From NCBI GenBank assembly GCA_964651395.1, contig CAZYXZ010000005.1, positions 5,007 to 69,006 of the forward strand: a stretch of DNA of 64,000 nt, read 5' to 3'. The notes beneath the pieces were generated by a model. The model searched no databases, was not told where the DNA came from, and saw only the letters and a list, made by a program, of their open reading frames with translations. Below, piece after piece: positions 57,169 through 64,000 of the stretch. Position 1 is the first letter of the stretch; every line of letters begins with the position of its first letter. Source of the stretch: an uncultured Frankiaceae bacterium. Its GTDB lineage: Bacteria; Actinomycetota; Actinomycetes; BP-191. Made by a program: the position numbers and the translations under genes.

Positions 57169-58611
57169 CTAGTCACGGCCGGTCAATCGGTTGGACGTCG
57201 CCGGCTCAACATCTTGCTGTTGCTCGCCGTGACCTGGCGGCGACTCGGCGTTCTGTGTCTCTTCGAGCGCCCTGGCGTACGCGTCCATGGCCGCAGCGGA
57301 GGCGGCGGCTTGATCAAGGTTGGGGTCGAGGTAGCCGCGTGTGGTCCGGTCGTCTGAGTGGCCGAGGTACTCGCGGGCGAACTCGATCGGCAAGCCGGAC
57401 CGCACGATGATCGTCGCGCCAGTGTGACGAAGTCGATGCGGCGTGGCGCGAGCGACGCCGACGCTCGTAGCCACTCGTTGCCAAGCAGCACGCAAGTTGG
57501 CGTCGTCGAGTTGGGTTCCGATGTCGGTCGTGAAGACCAGGTCCTGGTCGGCCCACCGCAGCGGAGATCCGACAGCCGCCATGTGCTCGTTGAATGCCCG
57601 GATCTGCTCTTGCTGACGGGCGTGATGCTCAATCAGTTCGCGATGAAGGACCTCGGGCAGCTTCAACAGGCGAAGCTTGTGGCCCTTCGAGTCGCTCACA
57701 ACGCGCTCGGTCCGCAACGGTGAGCCGTCGCGTCGCTTCTGCCGCCGCACGTTGGCCCCGAAGTAGACCTCGCCGTTCGCCAGGTTGATGCGCGACCATC
57801 GCAGCTCGAGGATCTCGCCGATGCGAGCGGCGAGCATGAAGAGGGCGAGCCAGAGCGAACGGCGCGCGTCCGCGGCCATCGCCGGCCACAGCAATTTCAT
57901 CTCTTCCTTGGTGTGGCCGGTCACACGGGTGGCTGGCGCTCGCTTCCCGCCGGGGAGTTTGCAGTCCATCGCCGGGTTGTAGGGGATGCGGTTGTCGCGC
58001 TTGGCGTCCTGCAGCGATCGCCGGAGCGCCGCAAGCATCCCCTTCAGCGAGGAATATGAGCGCGTCTTCGTCGACGGGTTCTCGATCCGCCGCCGGGCGT
58101 TCGCCTGCCGCTTGGCGATCTCGTTCTTCGACCGATGACCCTTGCCTTCGCCGGTGCGTCGCGGTCCTCCCCGAACGACGACGTCGCGTGACTTCTTCGC
58201 GAGCCACGCCTGGATCAGTGGCGTCGTGAGCTCCTCGAGTTTCCACCCACCGAGTTCCGGCACGACGTGGTTCTCCCAGTCGGCCTCGTAGCCGTCGCGA
58301 GTGGAGGACTCGATGGCGCCGATCGTCACCTCGTCGTCCAGGATGGCGAACCAGCGAACGCCCCACTCGGTAATCGTCATCGACTCACTCGTGGTGGCGC
58401 CCTGCATGCGCTGCGCAATCCGCAGTTCGATGAGCTTGTCCGTGACTTCCTGCTTGGTCTTGCCGTACACCGTTGCGCGCCGCCGTACCCCATCTGGGCC
58501 CCGTACGCCGGTCAGCTGGCCGATCCACCTTCCGTCCTGGCGCTTGTGGATGGAGCCTTCGCCGTAGCCGCGCCTCTTCTTCGGCTTCTTCTCGTCCGCC
58601 TGCTCGGCCAT
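57169..58611 (-). CDS. int: Tyrosine-type site-specific integrase
   Basis: C-terminal catalytic region (RLRHTGATIIVRSG...LGHSDDRTTRGY has the R..HxxR..Y pattern). Start at Met106 of the ORF-track ORF (MAEQADEKKPKKRRGYGEGSI). Confidence 0.85.
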   Translation of the reverse strand: MAEQADEKKPKKRRGYGEGSIHKRQDGRWIGQLTGVRGPDGVRRRATVYGKTKQEVTDKLIELRIAQRMQGATTSESMTITEWGVRWFAILDDEVTIGAIESSTRDGYEADWENHVVPELGGWKLEELTTPLIQAWLAKKSRDVVVRGGPRRTGEGKGHRSKNEIAKRQANARRRIENPSTKTRSYSSLKGMLAALRRSLQDAKRDNRIPYNPAMDCKLPGGKRAPATRVTGHTKEEMKLLWPAMAADARRSLWLALFMLAARIGEILELRWSRINLANGEVYFGANVRRQKRRDGSPLRTERVVSDSKGHKLRLLKLPEVLHRELIEHHARQQEQIRAFNEHMAAVGSPLRWADQDLVFTTDIGTQLDDANLRAAWQRVATSVGVARATPHRLRHTGATIIVRSGLPIEFAREYLGHSDDRTTRGYLDPNLDQAAASAAAMDAYARALEETQNAESPPGHGEQQQDVEPATSNRLTGRD

Positions 58612-58805
58612 CAGCTGGCCTTCCGCATCGAGACGAGTTGATCGAGCGAACTGCGGGGGATACGCAGCTTGCCGCGGATCTGGATTCCCGGGAGCTCGCC
58701 CGCGTCCACCATGCGGTAGATCGACGAGCGCGAGATCGCGAGCAGAGCGGCCGCCTGGGCAGTGGTGCAGAGGAGCGATTCGTGCGGTTCGTTGAGCGTG
58801 TTCAT
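58611..58805 (-). CDS. xis: Excisionase-like HTH DNA-binding protein
   Basis: 64 aa. AQAAALLAISRSSIYRMVDAGELPGIQIRGKLRI is MerR-like/Xis HTH. Its stop overlaps the integrase start by 1 nt. Confidence 0.6.
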   Translation of the reverse strand: MNTLNEPHESLLCTTAQAAALLAISRSSIYRMVDAGELPGIQIRGKLRIPRSSLDQLVSMRKAS

Positions 58806-58897
58806 CGAGAGTCCTTCGTTCGAGGATCGCGTTTGCCGCGACGTCCAACCCCGGGCTAACCGCCGGCTTCACCGCGTGGGTGGGCCGGAGTTGGCGC

Positions 58898-59206
58898 TCA
58901 CGGCGGGGTATCTGTTGGCGACCCATCTCGGCCGTGGAGGAGCACTTCCAGTGCCTCGTAGAGGCCGGTCACGAGCCGCGTCGGATCGCGCTCGTGCGAT
59001 GCGTTGATGACGAGTGCGAGAAGCTCGGCAAGCGCGCCCGCGAGCCGTTCCGTCGCGGCCTCAGCCGCCGCGATGTTGTCCAGCACGTAGGAGTCGAGCC
59101 CCACGAGCCATGCCTCGGCGATCTCTGTGCGAAGCGCGTGGACGCCGTCCACGAGCCCGAGGAACGAGGGCAGCGCACCCTCGGCCGGCAGGACGAGGTC
59201 GGTCAT
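58898..59206 (-). CDS. Hypothetical protein (element-borne)
   Basis: Strong GGAGGTGAG RBS before the ATG at 59206. 102 aa, helical. Confidence 0.4.
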   Translation of the reverse strand: MTDLVLPAEGALPSFLGLVDGVHALRTEIAEAWLVGLDSYVLDNIAAAEAATERLAGALAELLALVINASHERDPTRLVTGLYEALEVLLHGRDGSPTDTPP

Positions 59207-59282
59207 GGAACTCACCTCCGACTCGACCGTGCCGCACTCAAGCCCCACGGCGACTCCCCGTGCCCGCGCATAAGCGACGGTT

Positions 59283-59300
59283 TTGGACACGCGTGTCCAA
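59283..59300. repeat. Perfect 18-bp palindrome TTGGACACGCGTGTCCAA flanked by GTTTTGG direct repeats
   Basis: Read directly from the sequence. Lies in the divergent intergenic region 59207..59415. Confidence 0.5.
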
Positions 59301-59415
59301 GGCGTTTTGGTCGCGGCAGAGCACGGACCCGTCACTCCGGGACCGCGGGCCTGCGCGTTGCCGACATTCCGAACCGAGAGCCGGCGTCGACGACGCCCAG
59401 AGCAAGGAGAGCCAC

Positions 59416-60576
59416 GTGGACGCGCGACGTGCACCCCGACCGAGCTCAGCCGGGATCCGCCAGCTGACGACCGTTGTCGACGTCGAACCGCCGCTAGTGG
59501 GCGTGCACGACGGCACTGCCGGGTGGTGGCCGCTTCGAGTGCTAGCGGAGTCCCGCTTGGTGACAGCTGGGCTGCGAGACGCGCTCGGCCAGGCCATGGA
59601 CCAGCGAGTGGAGGGCGGGCGCGCCGCAGTCGCCTGGACGATCGTCCAACTGGAACGTCTCGGCTGGGTCCGCCCGCTCGACCTGCCACCGCAGAAGCCC
59701 GTGGAGCGTTTCGCACTGCGTCAGGACGCCGAGCGCGTCGCTCGGTCGATGGGCGGGCTGCGCGGGGGGAAAGCAGCCGTGATTGCGGCGACTCTGATCG
59801 ACAAGCCGAAGGGCCTGACCGCAGACGACTTGCGCATCGCGGTCAACGGCGGCGACCCACAGAAGGTGCCCGCGTCCGAAGACCGGGCGTACTACTCGGC
59901 GCTCGCGGTCCTTCAGGCCAAGGGCGCGCTCACCAAGACGAGCTCCGATCGCGTGCCCAAGGTCCTGTGGCTCACACCCTTCGGTGCGGGGTGCTTGTCG
60001 TTGATGGCACGGAGCGGGCGGTGGGGTCTGCCGCACGGCGCGCGGGCCGTCACGATCAGCGCACACCGACGGCATGCTGTCCTCATCGCTGACGCACTAG
60101 CTGCGCTGCTGAAAGTATTTCCCGAGGCCGTCGACACCGTCGTCTGCGACCGAGTCCGCCGGTCCAAGCCCGTCGTCGACATGCCTAACGCGCCGACCAG
60201 CGGCCGTATGCGGCCCGATGTGTACGCGCCGGTGACCTTGGCGGACGGGTCGCGATGCCTGCTCGTCATCGAGTGGGAAACGAAGGGACGGGAGAGCGTC
60301 GAACGGCACCTGATCAACAGCACGAACCTGCTGCATTCCGAGGTACTCCGTGAAGACTCCCCCTACTACCGCATGGTCACGGTCGTCGCGACTGCCCGGA
60401 ACGGTGGGACGCGAGACGGACTTGTGAGCGACACCCTCGCGAGTATGGACCGGGCCGGGTACGGGCAGCTGACGCGATCGCTCGATGTCCGGGTGGCTAC
60501 CCGCGCTGCGCTGACGCGGGTGCTGCAGGACATCAAGGCTGAGGGGAGCTATTGGCGTGAAAGGAGGCTGTCCTGA
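59416..60576 (+). CDS. Hypothetical protein, possibly replication/relaxation-related (element-borne)
   Basis: AAGGAGA RBS 5 nt before the GTG. 386 aa. No firm family recognised. Confidence 0.4.
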   Translation: MDARRAPRPSSAGIRQLTTVVDVEPPLVGVHDGTAGWWPLRVLAESRLVTAGLRDALGQAMDQRVEGGRAAVAWTIVQLERLGWVRPLDLPPQKPVERFALRQDAERVARSMGGLRGGKAAVIAATLIDKPKGLTADDLRIAVNGGDPQKVPASEDRAYYSALAVLQAKGALTKTSSDRVPKVLWLTPFGAGCLSLMARSGRWGLPHGARAVTISAHRRHAVLIADALAALLKVFPEAVDTVVCDRVRRSKPVVDMPNAPTSGRMRPDVYAPVTLADGSRCLLVIEWETKGRESVERHLINSTNLLHSEVLREDSPYYRMVTVVATARNGGTRDGLVSDTLASMDRAGYGQLTRSLDVRVATRAALTRVLQDIKAEGSYWRERRLS

Positions 60577-60813
60577 TTTCTGCCCGGCTTCCCAACGAGC
60601 CAGGGCGACGGGGTTCAGGCCGCGCATCGTGCACGCCGCAGTAACGCCGCCCCGGGCTTGGCTACGCCCTCAAAGGGCGACTCGCCTGATCCATCAACGC
60701 GTCACACAGCAACGGCCCCGAGGACCTGGCGGAGCCAGGTCCATCGGCGAGTTCCAACTCGCCTGCGACGCTCCAGCGTCGCCTTCGGCCCGGCTCATCG
60801 CCGGCCCGCGGCT

Positions 60814-61635
60814 CTAGCTGCTCGACCCGGGACTGGGCACGGCTGTCACCCGGAGACAGTTCGGAGTTGCCGACGCCGAGGGGAACGGAGAGGCGGACGG
60901 CGAGGGGGACAGTCGGCGCGAGTCGAAGTCGGCCTCTGGGACCCGGACGTCTTCAGGAAGGTTGAAGTAGCCACCGGCATACGCCCGACAACTCGACTGG
61001 TCGTCAGGACCCGGACCGTAGTGATGCTGTGAGGAGTACTTCCAGAACTTGAAGACGTCGGTCTTGTCGTTGTACTCAGCTGTGAGACCGAGAGTGCGGT
61101 CGAAGCCGACCTCCCAGAGGCGGCCGTCGGAGCGGTCGCGTAGGAAGTAGTGCATGAGGCCGCGCCAAGTGATCTTCAGGTAGCCCTCGTCATCGACGGC
61201 GAGGGCGAACGTGCTGTGCCGAACCTCGACCGGGCGGAAGTACTCGAACCGGGCCGGCTGGAACCGCACGAGGAAGTTCAACGCCATCAGCGGGCGTTCT
61301 CGCATCTGCCTGACCAGGTCGGTTACGACGTAGGGCGAAGTGGGATCAGCTCCGTTCAGGACCGTGGCCGCGTCGAAGTGACTCGCCTGGACGAAGTCGC
61401 GGAAGAGGTTGAGGACGCGCGCCACGACGTCGGCCGGAAAGTCCTCGACCGCGGCAGGGGTCGGGAGCCCGAGGTCCGGCGGCGCGGCCAGCTCGGCTGC
61501 GCTGTACGACCGGGTGGGCGATGGTGGCGCAGACGGTTCGGCAGCCGGCTTGCCGGAGTCGCGCCCGCAGGCGACCACGCCCATGAGGGCCATCAGAACG
61601 ACGATGCTCCAGCCTCGATCGCGCCGGCTTCCCAT
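60814..61635 (-). CDS. Putative lipoprotein
   Basis: Start at the internal ATG 61635. Signal peptide with lipobox MALMGVVACG. The upstream 219 aa of the ORF is Arg/Pro-rich. Confidence 0.5.
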   Translation of the reverse strand: MGSRRDRGWSIVVLMALMGVVACGRDSGKPAAEPSAPPSPTRSYSAAELAAPPDLGLPTPAAVEDFPADVVARVLNLFRDFVQASHFDAATVLNGADPTSPYVVTDLVRQMRERPLMALNFLVRFQPARFEYFRPVEVRHSTFALAVDDEGYLKITWRGLMHYFLRDRSDGRLWEVGFDRTLGLTAEYNDKTDVFKFWKYSSQHHYGPGPDDQSSCRAYAGGYFNLPEDVRVPEADFDSRRLSPSPSASPFPSASATPNCLRVTAVPSPGSSS

Positions 61636-61696
61636 GCCGCCCCCGATACTTATCAGTCTGTAGACCGAAGAGTAGCGGCCCCGGGACGTTGAGTGC

Positions 61697-61909
61697 GTGG
61701 AAGGCGCACTGCAGAAGACGCTGGGGCGGAACCTGCGCCGCTGGCGGGAGCAGCGCGGTTTATCCCAAGAGGCACTCGCCGACCGCCTCGGGCTCCACCG
61801 CACGTACATCGGCGGAATCGAGCGCGGCGAGCGCAACCTGACGCTGCGCTCTGTGGAGCGCCTCGCAGCGGATCTCAAAGTCCAACCCCTGGATCTTCTG
61901 CAGGAATAG
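61697..61909 (+). CDS. XRE-family (Cro/C1-type) HTH regulator
   Basis: 70 aa. [38 protein letters not shown]. Confidence 0.65.
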   Translation: MEGALQKTLGRNLRRWREQRGLSQEALADRLGLHRTYIGGIERGERNLTLRSVERLAADLKVQPLDLLQE

Positions 61910-62653
61910 GGCGCTCTGTTTCCGGCTGGCAACGGAGAACCGCCCGCGTCGCGAGGCCGAGCAAGCCCAGGTCGATCACGGCAAGAACCCGCCAGAGGCC
62001 GTGCTGGGCAGGGTTCGCGGCGAGCCGGGTCACGGCACGCGCGACGACGGCGATGCCGACGAAACAGAACGCCTTTCGGGCACGTGGACGGCGACAGCCC
62101 CAGTGGGCGCGGATCAAGTGCATCGGTACCTCCTGACGACGGCGGCGGGAGCCGGCCGGTCGACGATGCGCTCTTAGCTGGGGCAGTCGACTCCCCTGCG
62201 ATCAGCGATCGAGTGCGCGCTTGCGCTCGTTCAGGGCTCGCCGCGCGGCGGCCGTCGCATGGCCGACGTGCCAGCCACCGCAGAGCCGACACGCGTATGG
62301 CACGAGCCAGCTCGTCTTCGAACTCATCATCCGTTTGGCCGTTGCCATCGCAGCGGAGCGGTCGCGATGGCGAACCTTGCCGGTGCAGCTGCGCCGCCGC
62401 ACCCCGCGCTTGCTGCTCATGCCGCCATGCCTGCCACTCTTGAAGAGAAGCAGTCAGATGACGCTGCTCGACTCCCCGCTGAGCACCAACCCGACGCGCC
62501 AGCGGTCGCCCTCAACGCGTGCCGGTGATCTTCGGGAGCCCGTGCCCTTGCGGCGTTTGAAGTGGCACAACGAAGACGACCACGCGGCCCCACCCACCGT
62601 GGTTGTACCGCGGTTAGCCATCGAACAGAGCCGCGGCGCCCGCCGTGGCCAGA

Positions 62654-62974
62654 GAGATGGAGTGCCCAATGGGTGTCCAGGTTCCGCAGTGGCAGAAGGC
62701 AGGCCGCGCCATCGTGCGCGAAGCGGAGGAACGTGGGGAGTCGCTCGTGACGACGACGCTGCGCTTGCTCCCGAAGATCCCGAAGCGGCGCGAGTTCATG
62801 TTCTGCGACCTGCAGGAGTGGTTCGGCCTCCGGGAGAAGAGCGCTTCGGAGGAGTGGGGTGCCCTCGCCCGCTATCTCCAGTGGCTCGGCGTCACCGTCA
62901 AGACCGGCTGGGCGGAGACGTCCCCGAAGAAGTCCCGCGGCAAGGGCTACGCCCGGACCTGGCTGGTCGCGTAG
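62654..62974 (+). CDS. Hypothetical protein
   Basis: AGAGAG before the ATG. No recognisable domain. Confidence 0.3.
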   Translation, partial: EMECPMGVQVPQWQKAGRAIVREAEERGESLVTTTLRLLPKIPKRREFMFCDLQEWFGLREKSASEEWGALARYLQWLGVTVKTGWAETSPKKSRGKGYARTWLVA

Positions 62975-63253
62975 GGCTGAAGCGACCGATCTCCGGTGGG
63001 CGGCGCCAAAAGATCTTCCAGGTCTCGCCGCTCATCGGGGTCGGTGGATGGCCTTACCTGAGTAGGAAGCGCATCCGCCCGGTGCCGAGAGGACCCCGGG
63101 AGCAGTACGTTCGCCCGCACCACGACACAACTTCACACGACCCGAGAGTCCTGGGGAAAGGGCCTGGCCAACAGCGCCTCGCCGAAGAGAACCCGGGGTC
63201 TACCACCTCGCATGGCGGCAGCGCCATGGGGCTCTCCAGAACAAGGGAGACCC

Positions 63254-63763
63254 ATGGACGAAGCCGCTCTTTCATTAGCCGAGGACTTTGACCTCGTCCG
63301 CTTCAAGGCGGTGGTTGCCTCGAAGTGTCCGTCTTCTCTGTCCGAGCGGGACAAGGAGGACGTGGCCGCCGACATGTTGGCCGACGCGGTGAGAACTTCT
63401 CGCGCGACCGGCATTCCTGTCGGGGTCGCGGCCATCCAGAACCTGACGCGGCCGCGTTACTACGAGCGGCCAGCCGCGAAGGCCAAGGTCGCGCCGGGCC
63501 CGCTGCCCGGCGGAGAAGCCGGGGATGAGACAACACCCGACATCGAAGACCCGCGCGATCTGGTCGCGGACCTCGAGGTGCGAGACCTGGTTGAGCGGCT
63601 GCCGCTCCAGCAGCGCCGTGCCTACCTGCTCGTCGTGGAGTACGCGATGACGCACGCGGAGGCTGCAGTGGCCATGTCGGTGACGCCTTCTACGGTGCGA
63701 GAGCACCTCGGCAAGGCATGTGCCGCGCTGCGGCAAGCCTGGGAGGCCGCCCAACAGAGTTAA
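63254..63763 (+). CDS. Sigma-70 family region-4-containing protein (ECF-like sigma factor)
   Basis: AAGGGAGA RBS. C-terminal LPLQQRRAYLLVVEYAMTHAEAAVAMSVTPSTVREHLGKACAALRQ resembles region 4. Confidence 0.5.
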   Translation: MDEAALSLAEDFDLVRFKAVVASKCPSSLSERDKEDVAADMLADAVRTSRATGIPVGVAAIQNLTRPRYYERPAAKAKVAPGPLPGGEAGDETTPDIEDPRDLVADLEVRDLVERLPLQQRRAYLLVVEYAMTHAEAAVAMSVTPSTVREHLGKACAALRQAWEAAQQS

Positions 63764-63840
63764 CACAGACTCCCCTCCGAACCCGGAAGGGGCTCCCGCG
63801 CGGCGCAAGAGCCGCCGCGCCAAGTGACAAGGAGACAGCA

Positions 63841-64000
63841 ATGAAGACGACCAAGAACACGGCACAGCAGCACCTCGCGAGCCAGCGAGAGTTCGTCAAG
63901 AGTCGGCATCTGGAGAGCCAGCGAGCGTTCGCAGCTCGGAGCGAAGGAGGCTCCGGGCTGGTGGACGACACGATGCTCGCGGCGTCCATGCGCTCGGTGC
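63841..64000 (+). CDS. Hypothetical protein, N-terminal fragment (continues beyond the window)
   Basis: AAGGAGA RBS before the ATG at 63841. Open to the window end. Confidence 0.3.
   Translation, partial: MKTTKNTAQQHLASQREFVKSRHLESQRAFAARSEGGSGLVDDTMLAASMRSV

Larger units (their letters stand above)
54093..64000. mobile_element. Integrative element / genomic island (partial, continues past the window end), bounded on the left by a tRNA 3' remnant
   Basis: tRNA fragment, ImmA/XRE pair, tyrosine integrase with an overlapping excisionase, a replication-like hypothetical, an XRE and a sigma-like gene. GC looks visibly lower (about 60-65%) than the backbone. Confidence 0.5.

Noticed and set aside
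1-64000. CRISPR arrays or large tandem repeats
   Set aside because: No regularly spaced direct repeats of 25-40 nt were seen anywhere. The only repeats found are short operator-like palindromes and the 13-mer noted above.

Overview
The window is high-GC (about 70%) actinobacterial-type chromosomal DNA with three main parts. (1) 1-15.7 kb: glycoside-hydrolase genes, a Liv-type ABC transporter with unusual domain fusions (a fused LivH/LivM permease and an MFS-LivF ATPase fusion, with no solute-binding protein), and small redox or hydrolase genes. (2) About 15.9-43.4 kb, with outliers to about 52.7 kb: a roughly 27 kb Wzx/Wzy/Wzc-type polysaccharide locus. It carries 11 GT-B/GT4-type, one GT2 and one WbsX-like glycosyltransferase, a UXS-like enzyme, a Wzc tyrosine kinase, a Wzy-like polymerase and a Wzx flippase. 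It is unusually rich in methyltransferases (at least 7 inside the locus, including a TylF-family and a zinc-ribbon class), plus FkbM-family and class I SAM methyltransferases at 46.8-47.8 kb and 52.1-52.7 kb, a 2OG-Fe oxygenase, a DinB-like gene, and an acyltransferase-3 gene interrupted by one in-frame TGA. (3) From about 54.09 kb to the window end: a lower-GC integrative element. Its left end is a 3' tRNA remnant. It encodes an ImmA/XRE pair, a tyrosine integrase with excisionase, and a compact cassette of a multiubiquitin-type Ubl, a cysteine-free ThiF/E1-like protein and a small CPCGCG protein. I read that cassette as a candidate prokaryotic ubiquitin-like conjugation (Bub/Bil-like) anti-phage module and consider it the most interesting feature. 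Domain calls rest on motifs read from the translations and on recalled family signatures; no database search was possible. Start codons were chosen by RBS, coupling and domain-boundary logic and may be off by a few codons. At one point (around 14.28 kb) my manual nucleotide count disagreed with the ORF-track frame by one base, so hand-derived coordinates carry ±1 nt uncertainty.
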